Shown piece by piece: positions 26,810 through 40,364 of a DNA stretch of 64,000 bases (the stretch's first letter is position 1; each line of letters begins with the position of its first letter). Below the pieces are notes generated by a model, which had not been told where the DNA came from, ran no database searches, and saw only the letters and a program-made list of their open reading frames with translations. Source of the DNA: the human T2T-CHM13v2.0 reference genome, Homo sapiens; the NCBI RefSeq assembly GCF_009914755.1, contig NC_060931.1; one strand, given 5' to 3'. The translations under genes were made by a program, and so were the position numbers.

Positions 26810-27850
26810 AGTAAATTTTTATCTTTAGCCCAAAATTCATCTCTTACTCTAAACTCATAAATCCAAGTGTCTACTTGACATCTCCATTGGTGTCTAACAT
26901 GTCCTTCAAACATAGCAGGTCTAAAATCAAGTTCTTCCTTCCTCTACCTACCTTTGGGTATTAACCTACCCAAATCCCCTGATCCCACCACGTTCTTACT
27001 CACCTCGTGAAATACAACTCTCTTGCACTAGTTGTTCAGGCCCCAAACCTTTTTTTTTCTCATCATACCTTACATCCAATCGTTGAGCAAACTCACTGGA
27101 TAGGTTCTTTAACATAAATCCTGAGTTGAACCATCTCACACCACCACAACTACAATTATCCTGGCCCAAGCTCTCACCATCTCTCATTTTGTCTATTGCT
27201 ACAGTTTCTAACTCTTCCCAGCCCTCAGACCATGAGCCTCTTCCCTTGCTTCATGGGGCAATGCCTAGAAGGATCCTCCTAACCCCAAAACCCTTCATGT
27301 CTCTCCTCTACTCAGATTCTCACTCAGAATGAAAACTCACATCCTTTTCACAGCTAATAAAGCCCCAGGTGATCTGGTTCCTCAGTCCAGCTACAGCTTC
27401 TCCTCACCTCTGCCTTGCTGAGCTCACCTCCTGCCATTTTCCCCTTCCTCATTCTACTGGCTATTCTGGACCCTTTCTGGCTCTTCAGTCACAGCAGGCA
27501 CACTCATCCTTTCTTATTTTTATATCTGCCTCTGTTTAGAACACTTTCCCCCAGATATTTGAGTGACTTATCCTCTCAATTTCTTTAAGGTCTTGGCTCA
27601 AATGTCACCTTACAACAAGAGTTTGACCACTGTAAAAAGGCAACACCCTTCCACTGACAAGCTCCATTTTCTTACTCTAATTTATCTTCCTAGCATTTCT
27701 CCACTCTCCCACTCCCTCCACATCATCATTTTTCTCCTCATTAAAATGTTAGCTCTATGAGACTAGGGAATTATTCACTGCTATAAACCCACAGCCTGTA
27801 TTAATATCTGGCACATAGCAGATTCTCAGTAAATATTTGTAAAACACATG
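26810..27850 (+). mobile_element. L2 3' portion
   Basis: CTACTTGACATCTCCA, GCTCAAATGTCACCT and terminal CTGGCACATAGCAGATTCTCAGTAAATATTTG. Confidence 0.75.
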
Positions 27851-28883
27851 AACAACTCAGCAAATAATTTATCACAATGTGTTATAATGATTATTTGTCA
27901 CTAAATGCTCCTTGGCTGAGAACAAAGATCAAGTCTTTTCACCATACATGCTTGAAACTTAGCACTTGCCTGAAAGATAGTAATTGCCCAATAATATCTG
28001 AGGATATTCTTAAAATAACAAGTTAGGAATGAATAAATTCAAATGTCATGGCTCTAAGTCTGATGTGTGATAGGCTGGTGAGAGCACACCATTTTGTTCA
28101 AGAGAGAAACAGTTGACTAACAGTCATCAAAAGCAAAGCCATAGCAAATACTACCATTTAAAAAATGAGGGAATATAGGTCAAATGCCGTTTGCCAAACC
28201 CTCCAAAAAAGTTTGTTAAATCCACGCCTCATAACGTGAAGTTAAGAAAATGACAGTACATTTTTAATGGAGTGGAAAGAATGCAAGTTCCCTTTAGCTA
28301 TAATGTATAAGTTTATACAGTCATGGCATATGGAACTGCTGCTTAGAGAAATCATTGTTCAATACCCTATCCCTTAAATAACAACTGTACAGAAAAGCTT
28401 GTCAACTCAAAACATCCTTATCATTTGTGTTTGTTTCTTTATTGGATATACTTGGCATTTACTGGATTCTGTGAACTTTTACTGGCAGGGAAAAAAAGCA
28501 ATCCTAGCCCATTCTACCTTATAATCTACACAATATAACATAAAAGGTAATAATCAACCAAATTTATACAAGTATACCCACCATCTATACAACTTTGGAA
28601 TTCTCAAAAGAAAGCATTCTTCATTTGTTCTGCCTTGAATCATTTAAGAAAATTCAGACAATTGAAAAAATAGATTTAGGACAACTGTATTCTTATGATA
28701 AAAGATACAGGTCAGTAATAAAAAAGTAAAAACCAAGATAAAAAGAAATACTTTCCTAAAAATGCTGCCAAATTGGAGAAGAAAAGAAAACCCTTCAATG
28801 GACATGTCTACCTAATACTTCTGCTTCCAACCAAGATGGAACAAAAGAAACTGGATTTAACCCACTGCCTGAAACAACAAAAA

Positions 28884-28977
28884 AGCTACTTGGGAGGCTG
28901 AGGTGGGAGGATCACTTGAGCCATGATCTCATTACTGCACTCCAGCCTGGGTGACAGAGTGAGACCCTGTCTCAAAA
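28884..28977 (+). mobile_element. Truncated AluJ right-arm fragment with ~25-bp internal deletion
   Basis: AGCTACTTGGGAGGCTGAGGTGGGAGGATCACTTGAGCC joined to ATGATC...CACTCCAGCCTGGGTGACAGAGTGAGACCCTGTCTC. Confidence 0.85.
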
Positions 28978-30002
28978 CAATGACAACAAACTGGATAATA
29001 TATGAAACAATGGTTTTTCAAGACAGCAGATTTCAGGCATTGAAGAACATGTTCCTTGAGAGAGGGGCTACATATGATGTGAGCCCTATGATTGCCCCAG
29101 CTTACTCCCTTGATAGAGGGTCCAGGCCATGGAGCACTGGAGGAACCAAAATAGAGCCCATCCAACTCCCTGAGCTGAGAGAAAAAGAGTTGGGAGTCTG
29201 AGGGGACCAAGGCAGCTTAGAGTTTACAGCAGCAGCGAGGAAAAAGCTACAAAGAGAAAGAATCACAGAAATCTGCAAAGGTTCTACTTTAAGTATCCCA
29301 GAAAACATTAACCAGTGCAAAATGTGAGGAAACGACATGACTCTGGGGAAAGAACCACTCTGAAGGATTAGAAGGAACAGTACCTGAAATTCACATGGGG
29401 CCTGTTCCCATTAGTCAGACTAGAAAACCTCCTAATTCGTGGGACACTTTGGAGAGAAAAGTTTGCCTCAGTTTTAAGGCAAAAGTAACCCTAGACTAAA
29501 TGATACTCTGCCCCAACTAACAAAACCTAAAAGCAAGACCCAAGAGAATCAAGTTAACTTAACTGCACCCCAGAAGGAAGGTTAAGAGTATTTACAGATA
29601 TTCAAAATATTCGCTACCTAAACTGGTAAAATCCACAGATACACAATAAAAATTCTACAAAAGTGCAAATAAGCAGGAAAATATAGTCCTTTGTATGAAG
29701 AAAAATCAACCAATCTAAAATGACTCAGAACTAATACAGATGTTAGAATTAGCACACAAAGACATTGGAATAGTATTATAACTGTATTCCATATATTCAA
29801 AAATTTAATGGAGACATTAAAAGACATTAGAAAGACCAAAATCAAATTTTTAGAGATTTTGTAAAAACTATCATGTGATATGGAAAAAGCAAACAAAACT
29901 ACTAATGGGATTAACATTAGACACTGAAGAACAAAAGATTAATGAAGTTGAAAACATAAAATTAGCAACTATCCTAAATGAAACACAGAGAAAATTAATT
30001 AG

Positions 30003-30305
30003 TTTATTTATTTATTTATTGGAGATGGAGTCTTGCTCGCTCAGTTGCCCAGGCTGGAGGGCAATGGCATGATTATAGCTCACCACAGCCTGGAGCCCCT
30101 GGGCTCGAGGGATCCTCCTGTCTCAGCCATCTGAGTAGCTAGGACTGCAGGTGCATGCCACCATGCCTGGCTAGGTTTTTATTTTTGTAGAAATGGGGTC
30201 TCGCTATGTTTCAGAGGCTCATCTATAACGCCTGGCCTCAAGGGATCCTCCCACCTTCACCTCCCAAAGCACTGGGATTACAGGTGTGAGCTACTATGCC
30301 TGGCC
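30003..30305 (-). mobile_element. AluJ SINE
   Basis: J-type GATTATAGCTCACCACAGCC and TCTCGCTATGTT; (TTTA)n tail. Confidence 0.9.
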
Positions 30306-30584
30306 GAGAAAAAAATTTTAAACACAACATCAGTGATCTGTGAGGACAATGTCTCGTGGCCTATTATGTGAGTAACTGTAGTCTCCAAATGAGGGGCAGG
30401 GACAAAGAAAGCATTTGAATAAATAATGGCTAAAATTTTTCCAAATTCGATAAGAACATAAATCTACAGATCCAAGAAGCTTAATGAAGCACATGCATAA
30501 GAAACATGAAGAAAACTATACATCATAATTAAACGACTTAGAGCCAATGCTAAGGAAAAAATTCTTAAAAATATAAAAGAGAAA

Positions 30585-31020
<436 letters not shown>

Positions 31021-31089
31021 CTAAACACTGGAAGAAAAAGAAAAAAAAAACATCAACCTAGAATTCTACATCCAGTAGAAATATCTTTC

Positions 31090-31258
31090 TTTTTTTTTTA
31101 TTTTAAGTTCCAGGATACACGTGCAGGACATGTAGGTTTGTTATGTAGGTAAACATGTGCCATGGTGGTTTGCTGCACCTATCAACCCATCACCTAGGTA
31201 TTAAGCCCCACACGCATTAGCTATTTATCCTGATGATCTCCCTCCCCCTACCTCCCCC
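31090..31258 (-). mobile_element. Short 5'-truncated L1PA 3' end
   Basis: GTGCCATGGTGGTTTGCTGCACCTATCAACCCATCACCTAGGTATTAAGCCCC; poly-T; 11-bp TSD AAATATCTTTC (31079-31089, 31260-31270). Confidence 0.9.
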
Positions 31259-32189
31259 AAAATATCTTTCAGAAACGAATGTTAGATAAAAACTTATTCA
31301 GACATACAAAGGCTGAAAGAATTCACTACCAGCAGAACAGCATTACAAGACATAGTGAAGGAAGCCCTTCAGGCAGATGGAAATGTGGATGTACACAAAG
31401 CAATAAAGAGCACCAGAAGTCGTAATTACATGGGTAAATATTTTTTTTTGAATTTGCTATTATTTAAATCACCTTAAAAGTCAATTGACTGTTCTAACAA
31501 AAATAATAATATATTCTGGAGCTTATAACTTATATAAATACAGTGTACGACAGTACCACAAAGGCTTGAAGGAGAGAAATGGAAGTATATTATTGTAATC
31601 TTGTTATGCTACATGTGAAATGGTGTAATATCACTTGAAGGTAAACTGTGACAAGTTAAAGATGTATGTTAAAACCTTTAAGTAATCATTAAATAAAAGA
31701 GACTTACAGTTGATAAGCGAAGAGAGGAAATAAATTATAATCATTAAAATAAAATTGTACTAAAGAAGACAGAAAAAGAAGAAAAGGTACAAAAAACAAA
31801 TAAGACAAATAGAATACATATAGCAAGAGGACAGATTAAAATCTCAGGACATCAATGATCACATTAAATGCCAATCGGTGTAAATACCACAATTAAAAGG
31901 CAGAGATTGTCATATTGGATTAAAAAAGCAAGACTAAACTATATGCTGTCTACAAGGAAAGCACTTCACATATAAAGGCACAAGTTAACATGCTAACATT
32001 AGCCAAAAGAAAGCTGGAGTAGTTATATTAACATCAGACAAAGTAGATTTCAGGGCATAAGATAGTAGCACAAAGATTATTGCACAATGATAAAATCATC
32101 AAGGGGACCTACCAATCCTAAATATTTATGTACCTAAAAACAGAGCTGAAAAATACATCTAATAACGTCTCTATCAAGTCAGATGTGCT

Positions 32190-32410
32190 GGAAAGGTTTG
32201 GTATTTGGAGACTTGGTGACTTAAATCTGAATATTAGCTTCACCACTACTGATTTTGTGACCCAGGGCACATGGATATAATCCTTTGGAGTTTCATTTCT
32301 TTTTCTATATGATAAGTGTACTCAAACTAGGTAGCTATTTTAAGAATTTAAGAGGATCTGTCTCAACACCTAGCATGATGTCTGATACAGAGCAGACACT
32401 CAAAACTGGT
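32190..32410 (+). mobile_element. MIR (degraded)
   Basis: CACCACTACTGATTTTGTGACCCAGGGCA...CCTAGCATGATGTCTGATACAGAGCAGACACTCAA. Confidence 0.55.
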
Positions 32411-34253
32411 TATTTTCCTCTCCTTTTATTTGTCACTGTGTCTGTTTTAGCTTTCCTTCTAAAAGGAGACATTCAGCAGCACAAATAAAATCTGGCACTT
32501 TCCCCCAGAATTTAAAGAGGCCTCTCTTAAAACACTTTAAAATACTGGTCATCTTTGAACCAGTCTTGTTTGTATTTAAGTTTTAAGGGAGGTCTCCAAC
32601 TGAGATAAACGTTTCCCTGGACTATGGAGGAGGCTCTTTTGCTATCCAATGTTAAGGTCACTGGATTGATTCCCTGACTTTAAATGAACTATACACAAAT
32701 CAGCACAATCCTAAACATGGTATTTACTTGCCCAACAACCTTTTTAGTATGCTGTAGTAATCCACATAGATTACATAACATTATACTAGCCCAGAAATAC
32801 TTTTAGGTATTGAATTTCAATTAGTCTTCCACATTGGTAAACAATCATTTAGATAGAAAGATTAAAGGTAGTCATTGATATAAATGACTAATAACAGTAG
32901 CCCCAATAATACGTTTTTAGACAAAATTCAAATGTTGGATTTCATTGAAGAGTCTGACAGAGAGAGAGAGAGAGATAGCAAGCGTGCAAGAGAGAAAGCT
33001 CTAGCTTCCAGCTTCCAGCTTCCAGTGTATACTTAACTCTTTCAAAATCAACTTTTATATTAGGAGAATTGCTCATTTCAATCCCGATTTTTTTACTGAT
33101 TTGAAAGTCTGCATAAGTTTTCATGTTGTCAAGACAAATTGAAATTGCCAAGTATTACTAAAATCCAAATTCTGAAGCTAGAACATCTATGTATTGTTTT
33201 TGTTTAGCTTAGTATTTCAAAGTTAATAATTTCTGATAATGGCATTATACAGATAAATTCATGAATTGCAAAAATGTCTTGTGACCTGGCAGTATGGTCC
33301 ATTGGGTGCACAGTTCTAAGAGTAAAATATGGCCATTGCTCACAGTTAAAAATAAACAAAGAAGAGAGTATTAGGCACACATATATGTTAATACTATATA
33401 ATACCACTGTACTATACAATACTGTGCTTACACCTAGAACAAATGAGTGGAACACTAAAAAATACTGTGTTACTTTTAAAGTTTACAACGTAAAGGGAAA
33501 TGGAATGGCACAATCTTGGTGGCTAGGCATTGTCAAGAAAAGTTTCATGCATTAATTAGAAATGTATCAAGACTCTGGGGTGGAGGGTTAAAAACTCTCT
33601 CAGAGGATGAGGATGAGGTAGGACACTTCAACAGCAGGATTTACTAATATGATGGAGGGTAGGTTTGGTGGCACCAGATTACAAAAGGCCTTAAAATTTC
33701 TGCATATACATTAGTTATACTTTTTAGGTGGAAAATTATAATGATACTAAATTACAGATTACTTTTAAATGACTTCTTTTATTGAAAAGAAGAGCCAGGG
33801 AGAAAAATGGAGTTAGGGGAAGAATTAGTAGGCTCAACAACTTTTGATGCTGATTTCTGAAGTAAGATATCTAAAAATGATTGCAATCATTTTTGGAGAA
33901 GACATTAATAGGTCAGGAGATCAGAAAAAAGAATGACATTTTCTAATAATAAAAAAATTAATTTTCTCTTGGCTGCAAATATATTTTCAATAAAAACTTG
34001 GAAGCATGAAGGGAAGAACCTTTGGAGCTGCTCAAATGATATTATATTATTATATGAGATGATTTCATGTTGCTGTAGAAAATATTCAGGCATTTTAAAA
34101 AGGCATGAAAAGATACTCTTAAATCTTCCAAAGACTATTCCAATTTATTTCTCAGAAGACTTAATTTTAATTAAAATCTTAAAGAAGTCTAGCTAAATAG
34201 CTAGACAGATATCTATCGATATTTATAGATTTATGTCTATACATATTTATATA

Positions 34254-34586
34254 CAGTCATCCCTCGGTATCTGTGGGGGATTGGTTCCAGGACCTTCTGC
34301 AGATACCAAAATCCACAAATGCTCAAACAGTTCCTTATATAAAATGGTATAGTATTTGCATATGACCTATGAACATCCCCCCATATACTTTAAATCATCT
34401 CTAGATTACTTATGATACCTAACACAATGTAAACGCTATGTAAATAATTATTGTGCTACATTGTTTAGGGAATAATGAGAAGAAAAAAGACTGTACATGT
34501 TCAGTACTGATGCAATTTTTATAAAATATTTTTGATCTGTGATTGAATCCATGAATGTGGAACCAATGGATATAGAATGTTGACTG
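34254..34586 (+). mobile_element. MER2 (Tigger2-type MITE)
   Basis: TA|CAGTCATCCCTCGGTATCTGTGGGGGATTGGTTCCAGGAC...TGTTGACTG|TA. Confidence 0.9.
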
Positions 34587-36353
34587 TATGTGTGTGTGTA
34601 TATACATATATATGTAGCTAGACACACACACATATACCTATATATTTTAAATCCACCGTTTAACCTCCAAGTCCCAAAACTCTTCTTATAGAAAACTCTA
34701 TAGATATAAGTAATGTTGCATTTGGTAGAATTTTGGAGTTTCATTGAATATTCTTTCCTGTTTCCCCTTCTTCCCCCCCTCACTTCGGGCATATAATGTA
34801 TTACAGATTTCTATTCTATATTTCTTTGAAATTCATTACAAAGTTATGTTATTTCAGTGAAGGATCCCCAGGCCCATGTTGGGTCAGACTTGTTTCCAAC
34901 ATACCAATTTACCATCTGTATCTTTACATTATGTTGTAATGCCCCAGACCCATCCCTGAACTATTATACAAAAAGATTTGCTGCCTCCCACTCACCCACC
35001 CGCAATAATGCTGTTTCCTCATATAAAAGCAGCTGGGCTTGTACATCCACTCCCTCCCACCATCCCCCTTTGATATGTCTCTGCATTTATTTCACACTCC
35101 TCTCCAATATCATTATTAAACTCTTAATTCTCCTCTCAACATTCTTATTTTACAGCTTTACAAACTAAGGCCCAAGGAAAGTTGAAATAATATATATCAA
35201 ATATAAAGTCAGTCTGTTTTCAAAGCAATTGACAGAACACACCAATATGATTCCAGTTTGTAGTTCTGGTTTCTAATTCACCAAACTCCCCGGAGTTAAA
35301 AAAGCCAAGTGGAAAACCAGTTAAATGCTAAATTTTCCCTTACCCAGTGTTTATTCATTCCAATCATTCTTTCAAAGAACAAACACATAATATGATTCTG
35401 TTCTCTTAACCATTGAAAACCTGGAGCTAAAAAAGCGCTAATTCTTACTGTCCAGCCATCATTCAGGAAAGGCAATGACAGGCCATAACTCTTACTAATT
35501 ATAGTACAATATTTGGCCACATGCAAGACCTTGGGGTGCTGTTTATATCCTACTCCTCAGATCAGGTTCAAGGATTTGAAGTTCAAGGTAAGGACAAGCA
35601 AGGTGCCACAATCAGACTTCACTGGAGTAGATCATGCTGCAAGACCAAACACAAGGCAAAGGAAAAACAGTCTTGCCTGTCTCATTTTTGTGACTCAGTG
35701 CATACAAATATCTTTAAAAGGGTTTTTCTGTAAGAAAAAAATTATTCCACTCACTTCTTCCCCACTTTGATCCCTACTTCTCAGAAGTCCAAGAAGTAAC
35801 TCTGTCCATTCACATGAAGATGAATACCACTAACTTGTAAAACCCCAACAAGGCATCATCCAGCTTAATTACAAAGTGTTGCAAAGCATAGTCATAGTTT
35901 TAAAAGGGCTCTTTCCAAACACTTGACAATACTCAACTTATAAAACATGAGGCTTTATTTCTACAGTGTATTTAACATTTTGCTTGCTTTCCCACTCAAT
36001 GGCTGCATGGATTACCAGACCTTTCAAAACCAGCTATGTCTATCAGAACTTGTGGAAGAAATGTCCAAGGGAAGGCATCATCAGCAATGTTGTCATAATT
36101 ACACCGTCAGCTAATCATATGCGCTGGGACCTTACCTAAGCACACAGGTGAGGAGTAGAGAGTGCAAAGTGGCAAATGAAGATAGGAGCTGTTCCTGGAA
36201 GGGGGCAACAGGTTGCTGAGGAGGCAAACAACAAATGTCCAGGAGGTCTCCCCTGAGCTTCTCGAACTCCCACTGTGTAAAGTCTCTGGGCATTTCTTAT
36301 GAAGCACTCCTCTGAGAAGAGCAGGGACGAAATAACAAAGGAATGGGATTTGG

Positions 36354-36495
36354 GACTACATGCAGTGGCTCACGCTGGTAATCACAGCACTTTGAGAGGC
36401 CAAGGCGAGAGGATCACTTCAACCCAGGAGTTCAAGACCAGCCTGGGCAACATAGTGAGACCCTAACTCTATAAAATATAAAAATAAAATAAAAA
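36354..36495 (+). mobile_element. FLAM (free left Alu monomer)
   Basis: Left monomer ending CAACATAGTGAGACCCTAACTCT plus A-rich tail, no right arm. Confidence 0.85.
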
Positions 36496-37346
36496 CCAAA
36501 GTAACATATTTGGAACTGTGAGGTACAGGAAATGAGTACCTCCACCTCAGAACTGGGTCACAAAATAATGACTTGCTCAGCATTGAGTTTGGGATGACAA
36601 AACTTTATATTCCTTGGATAAAAGTTATTTAATACTGCTCTACAATTTCAAAATGATGAGACCTATCATTATATACCTTTCTAACTCTCCATGTATCTTT
36701 ACCACAACTGACCCCAATTTCTAGGGAAAAGAACTTTCACTCTCCAAGAAATCTTAGCATTAAAATACTGACCTTGTAGCCAAAGACACCACAAAAATCA
36801 TGACTATATTAAATGACTTCCAACTTAGAAAGCCCTAATGTTCTTCTTTTCTAAACCAAGCTCTGAACTAGGAATTACTGACAAAAAAAAACAAAACTAC
36901 AAAATAATGAAATACAACAATGTATTTTTCAGTTCTTGTAGGGAGAAAAAAAGATGTTTCATGCAATGTTGGATTTATTCACCTATGCTCCCAAATCCTT
37001 TTAATTAAGTGAAAGTTGTTCACTTAATTTGGAATTAACTTATTTTACATTTATTTAGAAGTTTTATTCCAAAAATCTTAAGGTTCGTTTATGAGCAACA
37101 ATACAATAGGCGGTATTTTCAAAGCCCTTTGTACTTATTCCAAGAAGGATTAAAGTAATTTAAGACACACTTAATATAGAAAGTTAAAATAAACTTGTTT
37201 CATTTAAAAAGAAACTATAAATTGAAGAAACAGGAAGCAAAGTAAATAAAGGTAAGAAAGCAAGGTGAAGCCAAAAGTAGGCCTTGTATTCTAAATTTAT
37301 TCAATTTCTACAAACAGTATTTGTACAGTCCATGTATTTCTACATA

Positions 37347-37897
37347 CAGTCAGTACTTACCATCATCAATAAGGTCTTAGAAACTGCGACTTTCAGTCAG
37401 TCAAACAATATATAATGAAACCAATTTTACCAAAGACTAATTGACATAAACAAAGGTTAAGTTCCTGCAGCATATTTTCTGGTCACAAAAACATCACCAA
37501 ACTTCTAAATAATGACCTAAAATACTTCTAATATTCAACACTGAAATAAATGTGAGCTATACATACATTTAAGGTAGATTAATAAAAACAAGGAAGATCA
37601 TTATTTATCCACTTATTCCACAGGGAAACCCTTGGCCAGGACAGTCATCCCATCACAGGGTGCACTCGCATACCCCCACACTCACTCAGATGGAGACCCT
37701 GTAGATACGCCAATGAACCTATCATGCACATCACTGAGATATGGAAAGAAAGGGGAATACCTGGAGAAAACCCATGCAGATGTGGGGAATGTGCAAACTC
37801 CACACAAAGAGTGGCCACAGCTGAGAATCGACTTTTTTTTCTTCCCCATCATCATAAGCAGACAACAATGAATGAAACGTTATTTGAGGACCTGTTG
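37347..37897 (-). mobile_element. MER6A (TcMar-Tigger) with internal deletion near 37620
   Basis: TA-flanked; GTTATTTGAGGACCTGTTG end; CTGGTCACAAAAACATCACCAAACTTCTAAATAA; GAGAAAACCCATGCAGA...TGCAAACTCCACACA. Confidence 0.85.
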
Positions 37898-37938
37898 TAC
37901 TGCAAAAGACGAGATAGAATTGGCTTTAAACTTCCCTA

Positions 37939-38237
<299 letters not shown>

Positions 38238-39446
38238 CCTTTCCTAAAGAAAGGGAAGAAATGTAATCACTGACAAGAATCTGTGTCCATAAGATAAAAA
38301 CAAAGGGCTAGCAAAGGAGAAGCACAATGATACCTAATACTATGATCAGAGGAAACTTTTCCTTCTATCTTGAATCCAACTGTGCTTTGCAAGCCTTGAT
38401 AGGAAGGCAGGAGAGCAGCAGGTGGGAAAGGGATACGGCAGGTGATGAGACCAGGTAGACTTCAGCTCTACAACCCCCTTTCAAGAAGAGCAGCTCAGCT
38501 TATTTTTACATAATTAGCCCCTCTGTAAGATGTTATTTGGAAAAGGGGTTATGTGGCTTTATTGTAAACAACAAACTGACAATGGTTGATAGAGTTAGGT
38601 CCACAAGAAGAGCCACTGAGGCACAGGAGAACATATTAAAATTTCTCTGTAAAAAATAAGTGTATGCTTTTAAATATGCTAAATGTACTATACAAAATAG
38701 ATAACAGATATTAAGTATATAATAATATATATGTTAAAACTACTAAACTATATTAAAAATGTGTAAGCTCTCCTAATGTTTATTATATGAATTCTCATGG
38801 CTGCCTTTCCTGCATCACAGGGTAATGGAACCATGACGCATTCAGAAAGAAGAGGGGAATTCCTCCCAAGGGAAGTGTTCACACTCAGTTCTTCACTTTC
38901 AGCATATTGTGAAAGACTGGAGTGCACCTGGGCCCAGCTAAGTGGATTTACAAACAAGATTATCTTGGTTTAACTGAACTCATTTACAAAATGGACAAAT
39001 GGCTTAAAAAGATCCCTGGAAAGAAAACGTGGATTAAAACAGCACTAATAATATAAGCATGTGCAAACAAAAACTAGTAAAATGGACACTTCTGTGGTTT
39101 TACTTTAGTCAGCCATATAAGTAAAAACTGAAGATCTAATCGGATCTTAAAAAGAGCTGACAAAAACAAATTTTATATACAAGGTTGAAATAATCAGGAA
39201 AACTTTTTAATATATAGTTTTAATATTTTATTAAACATAACTATATATTGTATATTAGACATCAGCTATTAAAATATCAAAATAAGCTACTTAGGTGAAA
39301 ATTCTTCAAACTGTATACTTTAAAATGGTTGCAATTTATTGTATATAAATTATAACAATGAGACAAAAGATAATAACTTACTTGGAAACTTAAAATCCCT
39401 GTATCACAAAGAATTAAGCTAAGGTTAAAAATAATGGAGCATATTT

Positions 39447-40114
39447 GCTGGGCAAGGTAGCTCACTCTTGTAATCCCAGCAGCTCAGAAGGCAGAGGCAG
39501 GAGGATCACTTGAGCCCAGGAGTTCGAGACCAGCTTGGGCAACAGAACAAGGCCCCATCTCTTAAAAAAAGAAAAAGCCAGGCACAGTGGCTTAGTCTGG
39601 AATCCCAACACTTTGGGACTTTGGGATGCTGAGGCAGGTGAATCAACTGAGCTCAGGAGTTTGAGACCAGCCTAAGCAACACAGCGAAACCCCATCTCCA
39701 CCAAAAATACAAAAAATTAGCGAGGCATTTGGCAGGTGCCTGTAGTCCCAGCTGCTCTGGAGGTTGAGGTAGGAGGATCACCTGAGCACAAGGGTTCAAG
39801 GCTGTAGTGGACCATGATGGCACCACTGCACTCCAGCTTGGGTGACAAAACAAGACCCTGTCCCAAAAAATAAAAAAAAAAAAAATGAATAAGCCTTGGA
39901 ATATAGCAAGACCTTATCCTTGCAAAAAAAATTTAAAAACTAGCTGGGCTTGGTGGTATGTGCCTGTAGTCCTAGTTACTCAGGAAGCTGAGTTGGGAAG
40001 ATCGCTTGAACCCAGGAGTTCAAGGCTGCAGTGAGCTATGATCACATCACTGCACTCCAACCTGGGCAACAGAGCAAGACCCTGTCTTTATAAAATAAAT
40101 ATATAAAAATAATA
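39447..40114 (+). mobile_element. Cluster of three old Alu elements: left monomer (39447-39575), AluJb (39576-39885), 5'-truncated AluJ (39892-40114)
   Basis: Three head-to-tail Alu segments bounded by ATAATGGAGCATATTT / ATAATGAAGCACATTT. Confidence 0.88.
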
Positions 40115-40338
40115 ATAATGAAGCACATTTAATCACACTGCTCTCACTAAAAGTACATAATCATATTTAAAAGGTTTTATAAAACTAAAAAAAATTAAAT
40201 GATAGTTTATTTTTAACTTTATCTCATCCTATTAAAATGTCTGTTTTTGTAAGTGCTTTATTTTACGCTTAATAAGAATTTATAGTACATGGATATAAAT
40301 TGTAAATAAAAATACACATTTTGGAAGTACAGGTTCAA

Positions 40339-40364
40339 TTTTTTTTTTTTTTTTTTTTTTTTTT
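40339..40364. repeat. T26 mononucleotide run
   Basis: 26 consecutive T, no adjacent SINE body. Confidence 0.95.
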
